DNA of 64,000 nt from positions 2,914,001-2,978,000 of the forward strand of contig JAYWIR010000003.1 of assembly GCA_036172245.1 (NCBI GenBank). The letters run 5' to 3'. Both the position numbers and the translations under genes were made by a program. A model generated the notes under the pieces. It was not told the origin of the DNA. It made no database searches and saw only the letters and a list, made by a program, of their open reading frames with translations. Shown here piece after piece: positions 40,243-53,417 of the stretch. How positions within the stretch are numbered: the stretch's first letter is position 1; each line of letters starts with the position of its first letter. Source of the stretch: Raillietiella orientalis. Lineage: Eukaryota.

Positions 40243-43200
40243 TCAAGTGGATGTCTCGTGCTTTTGCTTATTCAGTAATGATGAAAATAATAAAGCAACT
40301 TGCTCCTTCGAAGGACAACTAATCAGCTGTTGCTCTTCACTGTTATAGTGTTCACCAACAATTGCTTCCAACTGACTAAAGCAGTACGAAACGTTTGCTT
40401 GTATAGGTCTAAACAAAAGTAATTCTGTATCTGCATTGCCAAGATACAAATTCAAACTATGAATAATCTTTGGAGTCATTGTTTTTATGTTTCTTAAACA
40501 AGTGGCTATCAAATGTGCCAGATTTTCAGCACAAAAATCTTGAGCATGGGTATCTTTCCCATGAACAAAAGATATGAGGAACTTCTGCAATGGACCCACA
40601 AGCAACTCTGTATTATGTTTAATGAGTTCCTGGCATGATGCTCTAAGCTGGCTGTTTGCTTCTTTTTTTGAGTCCACATAATAATCCACTACTTGAGGTA
40701 AGCCCTTAAGAAAAAATTCCAGGACAGCATTAGTTGGGTCCAAACAAAAAATCTGGCTCTTTTTTTCTAGGAGCTGCACAGCTGTAACTAGACTGTGCAG
40801 TTATCCTCATTACAAAAATTTAGTACCTGCGGTCTTGAGAGGAGAAAAATCTAAGCTTGTTTCTTTGACAGTGAAATCGGCGGCAAACGAAATAGTCTGT
40901 TCCCTTAAAATGAGCAGATGTTTTATCAAAAACAGAAGTCCATCCTCATGACTCTAAGCAAATAGCACACAATTTTAACAAAATCAGATCTCCTCAACTG
41001 ACCTTTGTTTCACTAATTATCTGACTAGCTTTCTGTAAACTCTGTACACATGCAGACAATGCTTCCTGTGACAAACCCTTTAGAACATCTGGCTCCAAAC
41101 AAGATCGCAGGCGAGATAACACAGTCAAAGTATTTCGAAGACTAGGATACCACATTTCCAACAAATCAGCTGGAGATGCTACAAGGAAATGATTAGGCTA
41201 TTCATTGATATTCATTCTCTACAACCAGCCACAGCTTCTGGTAATCTGGGTGAAGGGTTTGACTGGTCACCATCCAAATTTAAAGCACTGCCTTGATAAT
41301 CCACTGCTTTAGTTCTGTCAACAGTAATAGGTTTTGTTGCAGCATCTTCCTTCAGAACATTCTGCATGGCGAAACTTTTTGTGAGACACTTCAGTAGTTC
41401 TAAACTTACAAACCTGAACAATTTCTAAATTCGCTGGATAAGATAAATCACCTGGTGAGGGTCGATAACCAAGAATGTCATTTTTGAAAAAAATGTGGGA
41501 CCGATAAATCAGCCGCTCCTCAGCATCATGCAGCAATTGTGATAAGACTGTTCCCAATACTCGGTAAATCTTTGCTAAACATAAATGGAAGAGGTGATGG
41601 GCAAAAATAGAAAATACGTTTTTTCAAGATAAGGTCTCCTAACAATTCCCATTTTAATATGTTGCATAATTCAGCTAATATAGGCACACTCTCTTGATGA
41701 ACAACAACTTCACAAAGACTGTCATATAGTGGAGTACACAGCTGCTCTAAAAAATCACTAAAATTCGCATTGACAAAATAATAAACAGAATACTTACTTA
41801 CTCCATTTGGGTGCACAACTGGAGGAAAAAATGGTAATAAAGCTGATGCTCATCTTCACAAATATGGGCCAACAGAGAACTGGAAGATCTTAGTATGTGT
41901 CCTAAGTCTCTGCTATGAATAGGAATTACCCAGTGCATATCCATGACCCTTACCTTCTGTGAGAAGCTATTAATCCTCCAATAGTAGATACAATACTAGC
42001 CTTTAGTAAAAGTAACCTCTGTTTAAAGTAACATTGTAGAATATCATCATACAAATTGGAATACCTGTACAAGTATAAATTACATAAACAAACGACTTAT
42101 AACAATTACTCAGTTGATGTTGGAACCCTGTTTTCAACTTCTTTAGTCAAGAAGGCAATTTTCGAAGCATGAGAAAGGAACCTTCCGTAAAAAAGAGAGA
42201 AAATATCTTGATTCGAACATTTCTCCACTTCCACCAATTGTATATTTTTTACTGCTGTTGTAAGAACTGTACAAATATGCATGGAGATCATTTGTAGACA
42301 CTTGTTCCTTCCATTATCCAAATTGCTAAGGCATTTCGGAGTTTCTTTATAATTTTCCTGTGGCACAAGGAAAAAATGAACGTCATTTTGCAAAATACAT
42401 TTTGAAACTTACATGCTTCTTGAAAAACTCCAGCAACTCATCAAATTTACTCAGAACAGAAACAATGGAAACATTATCCACTGTAAAAGTTGGCAAACTG
42501 ATTTTGTGGCATAACAATTCCGCTTCATCGAAGTGCTTCAAATCCTTACAAATCTTCTCCATTTTTTGGGTGCTTTCCATCTGAATAGTTATTGTTGAGA
42601 ATCAAAAACATATTTAGGATACTATTACTTGCTCCTGGATAAGTTTTTCACATGCCTCATTTAGACCATGTGTTTTCTGAGATGCTGATAAATGCATTCC
42701 TTTAAGTTCTTTCAGAGATTCAATGGTTCCATTAAATTTTGTAAGTATACTGTGACATTTTCCACTGTAATAATCTAAAGATTCCATGTTCTGGAGGTAT
42801 GGAGACACTTCCCTCAGAACGATTTTTGGTTCCACTTGTGCACACCATGAAAAATACTAAAATTTTACAACAAAGCGAAAATGAAACAACAAACCCATGT
42901 GAAGGTTAACAAATGCAAATAAACAATGCTTGTTACACCATGAAGATGGAACCTTTGCCACTAAAGTCAAAATGACAGATCATTCAATGAGAAAAAACAA
43001 ATGCAGCAATAACATTTGAATAATATTTTGCAAAATTTCAGTTCCAATTTTGTTTTTCATGATCATTTTAAAATATTCCTTTTGTACACATGAAACTTTA
43101 CAATGCAAACAATAGCTATGCTTTAAAAAGAGCTCAAAAGTCCTAATTTTAGACTTTTGAAAAATTGGTTGCAAACCAATTATCCTTCAGACATAGGTAA

Positions 43201-45385
43201 CATGAACATGAAATCAACAAATCTTTGACCCATATAACCCCAGCTACCTTGGTAGCTGGGGTTATATTAAAATGACTGCTTCACTAAATCTATGCGCTGA
43301 CCTTTTTGCATCAGCGCAAGTAACAATATGTATTTACCTCTTGCAATGAGTCTAACTTATGATTATCTGATTCATCTGGCAATTGTACATGATCACTTTC
43401 TGTTTCTTTTGGTTCATCACTTGGACTCCTGTTCTGACTGCATAACTGAGAAAACAAAAATAAAAAATGCTATTATGAAAATTAAAAAAACTAAAAATCT
43501 TCACACCATGCAGCACAAATACATGGATCCTTAATTGCATTTTAAGCCAAAGAGTTAGAAATAAATTTTTTCACTGGATTACTTGCAGATTATTGCTGCC
43601 TATAAGAGAGAAAAAAAAACAGAAAACACAAAGATCAGTAACTAAGCACATTACACAAGCATAAAAATGACACATTTCAAAAACATTTTCTTTCAGGAAC
43701 GAACTTTGTGGATATGTGGCATTTGCTATGATGAAATATAGAAAACTTACTTCAGTTCTCACTGTTATCATTAGTAACAAATATTCATTAGAAAATAACA
43801 CTATTTAAAAAAGAAGTCTCAAAAATGCAGTTGCACAACAAAGAAAAGTAAACAGTAATTAAAAAAACTACTTTGCCTAAGTGTTCCAAAATATTACTAC
43901 CATCAAAGTAAAAAATGAATTTTCAATGTGAATAAATCAGCCGTTATTTTCTGTAACATTTCTAGCTAATCTACCCTGTTTCATTCCAGAATGCACTGAA
44001 CTAGCAATATAATAATGACTTGGCATCAGGATAATTGCCATTATCAACATAGCACATGTTCCCAGTACTGATCATGAAAACTTCTCACTAGAGTGACTCT
44101 TATTAGATGGACTGATCTTGGGGTTACCTGCATTTGGCATTATTTTGCCTAATTTAAAAGTACATCTGCTTTAAAATTTTCAAGAAACGCACAAGCATGG
44201 AAGGCATTTTCAAAATTCAATCTGATACTCTAACTTTTGATTTAGATGCCTTAATTCATGATGACATTATGTGCATTGATTTCTTTGGAATCACTGTAAA
44301 ATTATTATTTTTTATCACAAAAATTCAAATTTTTTGGCTTTGGCTTTCTTTGAGTAATTTTCGAACACTCACGAATTTATTATTTAGGAAAGAAATTCAC
44401 ACATGACTGCCATAAACAATTCCTTGCTGATACTTTACTTCCACATTACATTCACAACTCATTATGATTTACCAATTAAACACACTGACAGATTTGCTTT
44501 GCATGCATGAAGCAAATGATCCCACTAATTTTCATTGGAAGCTACTTTGTTTACTTCCAGGTCATAATGTGGAACTGAGAAAAATCTCAAATTTTCCAAT
44601 TCCTTGAAATCTGTCACTGGTTCCTTGAAATGTCATGACCAAATGAAAAAGCATGGCAAAAAACACAATGAAATTTGAAATTCCCTATAAAAACTGAACA
44701 CTGAAAAACCAAACAATTATTTAAAATGCTCGTTATTTATTATGATTTTAGCTTTTGAGGAACTCTCCTTATGCCTTTCAGTTCTATCTAAATCAAAATC
44801 ATATGAATCCTATTTCTGATTTAAAGTAACTGCTAAGCTTTAGAAATATGAGACAATAAAACCGTTTGGGACGGCCTTGTAACCAATGTACTCAATAGAA
44901 TTGCAGCCTTATGCTTATCTGCACTTTGCTTTAAACTCAAATAATTATGTTTTTAATCTAAAAGAATTTAAAACTTCCCAAACAAGGCTTAAATCACTGG
45001 AAATCATGGTACTCTTTCAGACAATATCAACAAAACCAAAATAATGACTGCATTGTCCTCTAATGTTCTTAGAACCCATGGAAACATATTTAATAATTCT
45101 GTAAAGGCTACTACGATGACATTTGGCTAGTCATTAGCTACAAAAGGTAGAACCACATCAAGTTGGAAAAAAAAAACATTAAAACAATGATACAGTAAAT
45201 GATTATACGTGCTTTCAAAAGGAGACCCCAGGAACACTTCCTACCTGTGCAATTGGCCAATCCCGAGAAAGCGATGACAATTTTTCCAATATCCTTTCAT
45301 AATGGGGTTCTAATACAGCGTAAGGTACACTTGTATCAGTCCATAATTGCAACCTGTCTGATAAGCTTTTTGTGTCTGTGCCCAT
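40243..45385 (-). CDS. COG3: Conserved oligomeric Golgi complex subunit 3, about 796 aa. Coding exons 45385-45245, 43445-43338, 42856-42629, 42580-42413, 42357-42110, 42064-41954, 41909-41802, 41757-41618, 41574-41414, 41361-41226, 41178-41003, 40953-40827, 40781-40243
   Basis: All introns GT-AG; exons sum to 2391 nt in frame. Diagnostic motifs [102 protein letters not shown]. Possible polyA signal at 39811-39816. The N-terminal linker may contain extra exons. Confidence 0.96.
43232..43267. repeat. Perfect 17-bp inverted repeat in a COG3 intron
   Basis: ATATAACCCCAGCTACC-TT-GGTAGCTGGGGTTATAT. Confidence 0.97.
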
Positions 45386-45733
45386 ACTATAAATATTTTG
45401 TACTAAAACACTGTGGAAACTTTATATACTGCAGCTTCCTGAATCCCAACATCCTGTGATAAAGAAACACCTTGTCAAAGAGATCATTAAACCAATTATG
45501 AGGCTTAAAACAAAACTGGTTTTATGCACACATTAGTTTCTTATTGTGAACTGTTAAACACATACCCCTTCCCTCCCCCCTCCGATGCTTTTATTTTTTT
45601 AAGTTTTTCCTGATCTTACAACAAACCCACAAAGGCACTCCTCAGATAAGAGACATTCTAATCTTGAAGTACGGATGACTACGGCAATCTTCGGTTTAAT
45701 CTAACATAACCAATCGAACTAAATCGAACATAC

Positions 45734-46050
45734 CTTTCCAAATCTAACAGAATGTAACACCGGAAAACAGCACCATCCACGCACACGTCCTTAACATTCA
45801 CACACATGCTTTCTGTTTGACAGTCAGAGCTCTACAGTGATCGTCAATGTTGAGGAGACAGGGAAATTACTCAAGTCGCGCATCCTTCGAAAACATGTTG
45901 CTAGATCTGTATGTTAAGTGTACAGGATCTGTAAGTACGGGTCGATTCTTCCTCGAGTCCGCCTTTCAGCAGTCGCACATGGGCGATCGCGTTCACGCAA
46001 CGGAATCGTCCACATCGATGCAGTGATACCACTCTTTGCTCTTCTAGTAT
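45734..46050 (-). promoter_or_regulatory. Likely COG3 non-coding first exon and promoter
   Basis: Strong donor AAG|GTATGT at 45734/45733 pairs with acceptor CACAG at 45454, upstream of the ATG. CpG density rises here compared with the gene body. Confidence 0.5.
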
Positions 46051-46899
46051 CGGCAATTTCTCTCTCCCTCTGTCCATGAAATGCAGATCGTTGCCCCAAT
46101 GATCATCGTGATTTTTTTTCTGAGCAATGCGATGATATACACACCATTCGTATGCACTGAGCTTTTACGTAACCAGAAGATGTAGCAACGTGCATTGCTT
46201 AAATTGGGTTCTTTGTTTGCAGGAAGTTCATGCATTCTTCCAAGTACTCTCTGTTATCGATGCCAGTAAACAATGTACAGTTTGCACTGAATGTTCTTTT
46301 TCCTGGTGGTGTACGAAAGCGGGAAATGGAAAATTGGAATTCCACTTCAAGGAAAAAATTTTTAGGCACTTTCGTCTTCTGGTTTCTGTTTTATAAATTT
46401 TTGCATCGATGATGAGAAGGTTTCTTTCCTTCTGCTGGGAACAACTGCAGTGGATTCACAGCAAACCGACAATAATATAAGATGCACACATTCTCGAAGG
46501 TGAAGGTTGCTTTATTTTTTAACAAAGGAAGGAATGATTTAGACAATCTTAACGCAGCCTGCATTCGGAACACTGCGAATGAAAAGCATCACGGATACTG
46601 CTCAGCACCGTGTCACCAATAAAACAAAGTTCAGTGAACTTGATTAGAGAACGATGTTTTCCTTTGTCAAACCACCCTGCTTCCTTGTCTACGGTTTGAG
46701 GGACACTGTGTAGGCTGAACTTCCTGCACTGCTTTATTCAACTTTTTTCTGAGAACCACTATCTTATGAGAATGTTTCCGTTTTCGTGCTGGATCTTCTA
46801 CAAAGTCACTTGCTAAAACATTGCTCAACTAAAAGTGAATACCATAAAGCTTGTGGACATTTTTTCTTCTCTCTCTCTCAAAAAGGGACCGTTTTTCAT

Positions 46900-48080
46900 T
46901 CCCAAACTGCTTACTATTTCCTCCTAGCTTGAAAATAATTAACGATTCAAAAATTATCAAACTGAGCAGGCATGACGTTGTGTATTCACAGGTTAGGTTC
47001 CCGCATTTGATTCGTTTAAAATATCTCATTCTTTTGTGTTGAATAGAGATGAAAGCGTTCCCATAGGATTTCATAGAAGACGAATGCAGAAACCAGACTG
47101 CAAAGGCAAGGGAATTCCCCTTGGGGATGTACCCAGAAACCCATGCTCCCAGACGGCCTACAGAGATACATGCGCATAACATATCCGACTTAGGAAAACT
47201 CGAGTATAGTAGTAAGAAAGACTTTTGCCAATTGGAAATTCCGACCCTCGACTTGCAGCAACAACTGATTATTCATCATAGTGCTTGCGAATGGTAGAAA
47301 TTGTTCAAATTGGATTTGCCCGCACACCAAACAAAACACGTATTCAATCAACGAAGGGATTTTTATCTTGATTTTCCTTGGAAGTTTTGAAGGGGCAAAG
47401 CATTCCAAACATGTCTTCGGAATGCACAATGTAGATCTCTCCGAAATTTCATGCAGGCTAATGATGACGATCTGGGGATCCCAGAAGAGCTCTATGTACG
47501 TCTTTTCTTTTCAGTCAACACCTCGCAAAAGCATGAGTTGAAGGCGGGAATTCTGGAATATGAATGATACGAAGATTGCTGCTGGACTTTCACACGTGTT
47601 TCGGATGAAAGCAAAACTTTAGTTTAAAGGAGAACTATTTGTAGGAAGCCAAACTGAGACTCCTCCACTTTCTCTACATACGGTCGTTTGCTCCCTCTTT
47701 CCTCCCGAAACCAAAGCACGGCTTCTGCGTTTAGCTGTATACACTTACGTAAAAATATATCTTTCGCAAATATATCTTGAGCCTCCTTTTCTGGGACCTC
47801 GTGAGCTTCAGGAAGGCTATCCCTGATTATTTTTGTCTTTGCAGATTACTGAATATAAGGCAATCAATTATACACATATTTTGGTATTAGATCTCCTGCG
47901 AAGTATCCATAGTATTCTGAGGCATTTATTTCTGTGAGCTTCTCCTCAGCAGTATGCAATTCCGGTAATTCATCAAACCGCTTTTGTTCTCTTCTTGGTT
48001 TGCTGGGCTCATTTGATACATCGAATATCCCTGGGCATTCGGGACTGTCTGCATGCTGGGTTTCAGAAGATGTAGTGTGG
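46900..48080 (-). pseudogene. MRPS30: Intronless pseudogene of mitochondrial ribosomal protein S30 (mL65)
   Basis: ECPGIFDVS..LHTAEEKLTEINASEYYGY..YN*LPYIQ*SAKT (cf. EYPPILDLS..TVEEKLFEINMPRYYG..YNSLP..Y..RT), then VD*..IELFW, GFWVHPQGEF (cf. PGFWPGD..EF) and T*PVNTQ, all colinear. Multiple stops and frameshifts. Confidence 0.7.
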
Positions 48081-48554
48081 TGAAAACTGCTAGAAACGCT
48101 TAAATAGAGAACGGGTAGAACGGGTGGGTGGTAACCTTGGTTCGAAATGTCATAATGAATTTTGAAAACGGGGTCGGTGCTGATGCATCCAAGAAGCACA
48201 GTGTGACTCACAATATTCAATGGTGTTACTCTCCACTGTCTCCTCAATCAAAACATATGGAACGCTTAGTTGAAAAGGATAAACGATGCTGGAATGTACC
48301 ACACCTGTGCGAGACCTATTTACACGTCTCTTATAATCATCAAAGCACATCTGAAGCTTCTTCGCAACCGCTTTTGGCGGGAACATACTCTGCATTCTGT
48401 TCCTGCTTGTTCCTTCAGCTGCATTTCGGCGTGCAATGCTCAAAGTCATGTGAATCGTGACTATTTGGGAACTGCGAGGATATTTCACGATGCGTGTATT
48501 GGAAAAATGATGGGGACGACGTTTGTGGAAATGGAACCTGGACGGCGAAAATGG

Positions 48555-49420
48555 GCCCGCGTCGGAGTTAAGGCTTCCGCGCGTGGCACCATGCATCGCG
48601 GGTTCGAATACTCCGGCAGAAACTGACGCCACTGCGTCGTTGGGTTCCGAGTTTCTCCCGCGATGGCGCTGGTTGGTCGCGCCATTCGGGAGTGGCACCG
48701 GTGGTGGTTCAAGCCGAGAGGCCCATGAAGAAGGCCAGAACAATGGGAGTCGACCTTCGGGTCCTTCCAGGAATCAAGGAGTGGGGAGTTCCCCTTCCGG
48801 TCGTGCAGCAGAGAGCGAACCCCCCACACCGAAGGGTTCCCTCCGAAGGGTTTCAAGATGGAGCAAGAGCCTTCACAGGCACCTCTCCCAGCTGTTTAAA
48901 GGAGCGGACTTCCCCCCGTTGTGGGGGGGACCCTCCAAGTTGCTGCCTCTCCAGAGAGTGCAAGGAAGCGAGCGAGAGCGATCCCGCTGAGGGAAGCTGC
49001 AGCGCCTCTTCTGAATTTCGGAAGCGTCCCTTCGGGTTCTCTTCAGAGGAGTGAACAGGAGCGGTTCCCTTGCGGGTTCCCTCCGGAGAAGAAATTCCTA
49101 CAAGCGGATCCTTTCCGGGTTCCCTTCGGAGAAGCTGAAATGGAGAGGACCACCCCCATTACGGGGGGTGTCCCTCCAGAGAGAATGAGGAAGGCGATTT
49201 CCTTCGGAATTCCTGGATTCATAGGGAGGACCTCCCCTTCCGGGGTGCCCCCTTATCTTGAAGAATTACACGCACCCTCCGCGGGTGGATTGGACCAGTG
49301 TTAAAGAGCCACGTGCTCTGCGACGCACGCGACGACTCATAAGGTACTTAGCGAATCAAAAAAAAGAAAACCCTAAGAAAAAATGAAAAAACAGCGAAGA
49401 CAGAGAAGAACCCCAGAGGA
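48555..49420 (+). mobile_element. tRNA-headed SINE-like repeat, copy D (near full length, empty target site 48694-48702)
   Basis: GCCCGCGTCGG..CGCGTGGCACCA..GGGTTCGAATAC head, shared body, CACGCACCCTC..CAGTGTT and A-rich tail. Confidence 0.8.
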
Positions 49421-50459
49421 TTTCCATTCCAGAAATGGAGAGATTTTTGCAAGTTTTGATAGCTACATCCATATTAAATAATTTCTAGGACTTCCAGCAT
49501 GTGTGTGTGTGTGAAATACCGAGAAAGCGACCAGAGGAAGCTCCAGCCTGCTGGCTGGAGCCTCCTCTGTTTTCGACTTTGCAGAGGTGGCGAACTCCAT
49601 TCCCGATTTACGACTGCTCTTTGACAGCTTAAATTTCCGAACGAAAAACTTCTATTGGTGCTCTCAAGCATCCAGGTTTCAGTTCTCAAGATGCTCCGTA
49701 AAGATATCCTCAAAAACAGAAATCTGCACAGTTTGAGCAGAATCTGATTCCATCGACTGCATTATCCGAAACGTGTCTGCCACTGTGCTGTGGTGGCAAT
49801 GTCCATCTTCAACGGTGAATGCTTTGACCGCGCCGAGGTGGTGGGAGAAAGTAAAGACCCGTTGTGAATCGGGAAGAATCGCAAGAAAAGACGAACCAGG
49901 GCTTGCGTTCGTCTTGATTGCAAAAGTCCATTCTCCCCATTCCTTCTTTCTGGCAACGCCTAACGTTTCCTTTCCATTTGAGATTACATTGGGAGCGAGG
50001 TTTCATGGAGCAGCAGTCTCATGCGTGTGTGTGGTCACAGCTATCACGTGCAGCTTTCGTTTCTTGGAACAAAGAAACTCTACGGAAACGACAAAACTCA
50101 AAGGCCGAGTTTTTGAATCCGAATCCCCTTGGACAAACGTAATCGTGCGATTTCAGTTCGCAGGTACCAGAAGAAAAGCCAAAAAAAAAAGAAGGAAGAG
50201 GGGGGCAGCAATCTATGCTACAGGATTTGGAGAAGAGAGTTCCTTCAATTTTTCGGATTTTCCCGGGATACCCCCCGCCATCACGATTATCAGCTCGTAT
50301 GATGATAAGTGATTCTAGATCTGATGCATTAAAAGCTTTGTGTTCACCCCATTTCGCCCCAAAAAGCATTTATTGAAAAAATAAACGTAGCATGAATGAA
50401 TAAATTCCAAGCAGGGTCAGCATGACAACAGCATTGCTGACCTGCGTGAATCCGCGTGC

Positions 50460-50863
50460 TTTCATGAGTTCGAATGCTTTCCGCATCCGCCTCGACCCGC
50501 TCACCATGGATTGACGGACGAAGTCGAAGACTTAACCTCCGAATTCTTGAGGAAAGCGTCGAGATGGCCCCACCTGGATCCAGGAATACGGAAAGAGCTT
50601 GCCGTCATCCTGGGAAGGATGCAACGGCCCCAGCAGCAACTGTGATCCCTTCCCGTACCCTCCCACTTTTTCTTTTCTTTTTGTTTAGTTTTTTGTTTTT
50701 CCCCTTCTCCCTGCTGCCGTGGTGGACCGAACCGGTCTGCGAACCGGTGACCCGGCAGGCTCTGTGTTTCTTCGTGCGTGGCTGGAGCATTGGTCCAGCC
50801 ACTGCACGTCTTTGTAAAAGTTTATTGTTTCAATAAGCGCCCCCGGCGAAATCCGGGTGGAAA
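50460..50863 (+). mobile_element. 5'-truncated LINE 3' end with hairpin terminus
   Basis: GATGGCCCCACCTGGAT, GTGATCCCTTCCC and T-rich UTR, ending CAATAAGCGCCCCCGGCGAAATCCGGGTGGAAA. Confidence 0.75.
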
Positions 50864-52399
50864 TCGAAGACCCAACCCACCCAACCTACTTCGAGACGCC
50901 CTAGCCCGCGAAGGAACGGTCCTAACGAAGACGGGTATTTGATTAAAGAAGTACAAGCGTCCAACACGCGAGCATTGCAGGCTTTAGAGAGAGAAAGGAA
51001 AAAAAAAAAACAGGAGAGGAATTATCTCAAAAGGGTACTGTGAAAGAGCACTTGCCTGTCATTCTTTTGCAGATCGTCGAATCTGAACTGCTTCGCTGCT
51101 TGGTCAGGTGCCCGACGTGAAAGTCTTGTTGAAACGAAGAGCATTATACCTCTGTCCTGCTGCAGATGCTGAGCGCTTTTCCAGTCGTGGAGGGCGACGG
51201 CCGTGCCGCTTTTACAAAAAGGAAGCTAGCCATATTTCTGGGCGGTCTTTGCAAGTGTTTTTGTTTTGATCTTGCACTCTTACTCTCAAGACACAGAGTT
51301 CCATAACGCCTTTGAGATAGTGAAGAACAGCGCTCGACGGATGCAGATTCGAGAAAAGGGGAACTTCGCAACGGCGCCAGGCAGGCGTTAGAAAACCAAG
51401 CGCTCCCTTATCCCCACGTTCAGTTGCGACTGAGGTCATTTCATAGGAGGGTTTCTCCCAGAGGAACTCACTCAGGTGATCCGTCTCCTCATCACGACGT
51501 GAACGCAACTCCCAACGAAAAGGCGCGGCAGCTGAATGCAACGAGCATCTCTAATTTACAGTGTGCTGGTTGTGAGAATTTGGTCTCCCGAAGGAAAGGT
51601 GCAAGACGAAGAGCTCCCATCCGTGCTGCTTTTCAGCAAACCAACGATGACTCCCCATTACTGCTTTCGTCAGCTGATGAATATCAGGAAAGGAGGGGAG
51701 GGGGGGAAAGGAAAAGGAAAAAAAAAAAATCAAGAGGAGCATTTCTTTGACTAGAAAAGCAGCAATCTTTGGTTCGTTGCGGATTCCTGCCGTGCAACTT
51801 TAGTAGGAGTCCTGGGGCATCAGCTCACTCCGTGTAAGCTCATGGACAAACAAGGCTGACGCTCGACCTCACTTGTCTGGCAGCGGACAGTTCCGAGCGC
51901 CGAACCACCGGTTTCGGAAACTGCCTTGCTCGTGACGAGTTGTCCAAAGCAACTCTGCATCCAGCTTCCATGGAATAAAAGCAACCGTGTCCGCTAATTT
52001 AGAGCGCTCCCACAAAGAGAATCAGTCTGCCCTTTGAACCGAAACTTCAGTTGCCATTTAACCACTCTATTCGGTCGCACGCAGCAGTGCACTTTACCTG
52101 CGCTGACCCCAGCATTTGCAATAACAGCATCATTAGTTCATAATTCGGTGATATATTCATGCTCAACAGAAGTGATGTAATATTGATTATTATTTTTTTT
52201 TTTTCGAACCTCTGTGGTAGTTGCTTCGGTGTGAAATGTTCAGATGGCACTATTGGCGTATGATTTCAATCAACCGAGATTTGGCCGTAGTGGAGAAAAT
52301 TGGTGTCAACTTCGAAGACTAGAGTTTTTTTTTTTTTTTTCATTATCCTTGCTGTCTTTCGTAGCGGTTCCCTTGAAACTCTTTGAGGTGCCTCCATAC

Positions 52400-53300
52400 A
52401 CCCGAAACGCAACTGACGACTGCAGCCAGAGAGTGTTCGGCACCACCTAGCGGTTCTCTCTTGAAGCTTCGAACAAACAGTGCTTGCCGTGGACGCCTTC
52501 ACCTGCCGTCCAGCGCTCCATCTTCTCCTCAGAAGCAACTCATCAGAAGAGTCCCCCCAAAGAAGCGAATGCCCTCCCAGGACGCTCCTGCCTCCGTCGA
52601 CCGCACTCCACCGGCGTCGACCGTTTTCGCAGAGCCTCGGACGCGGAGCATTTTGGGAGATCCCGGCAGACCCGGATGTTTGGATTCTGTGGTCTGGATT
52701 TCGTTCGGATTCTGGACCTGAGCGTCGACCCGTTCTTTCGGGGATCTGGTGGACAAGAAAGCAGAAGCAGAGGGTGGGATCCCTTGAGTCACCCCTGGAT
52801 GCGATGATTTCCCCCACTAAGGAAAACGAGCGCTGCAGCTTCGTGACCCGAATTTCTTCTGGCATGTTTTTTTTGTGCGTGTCATCCGGAGGATAAGCGT
52901 TGTGCCCACAGCCTGCGCATCTAGGAGACTGCAAGGTCACAGTCCAAGATAAAGTGGTCCAAACCGCTTTGATGAGGATAGGTACGAGTGATGGGAGGCA
53001 TATCGGAGCCGGAAACAGTCAACGGGGAGGCCGGCAGCCAGCTGCTCCGAGAGACGGAAGAGGAGCGCCCCCGCCGCAAGGCATCTCCAGCAAGGCAACG
53101 GCAAGCGCACGCAGAGAAAATGCAGGCATCCGAAGTCAACACGTAACACCAAAGAGTGGCGTGGTTGTGTCTGCCGTCATCCGAGGGAGGAGCGTTCGCA
53201 TGGCCGAGGCCGGACTTCCGCCGAGGGATGAGGACAGAGATACGTCGCCCCCTCCTCCCCTATGGGCCACCTCTGCCCGCGCAAGCGGTCGTTAGCGCCA
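52400..53300 (+). mobile_element. Decayed LINE RT fragment
   Basis: GNSQRGGRQPAAP (cf. RGVRQG.P.SP). GC-rich like the other LINE remnants. Confidence 0.35.
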
Positions 53301-53417
53301 CCCACCCCGGTGCTGCTGGGACGCGCACGCCGCGAAAGGGGGTTCCTTTCGCTCCGCCCTTTCCCCCGCTTTCTCTGCCTCGCGAACAGCACCTACTCGT
53401 CGAATCCGCGAAAGAAG

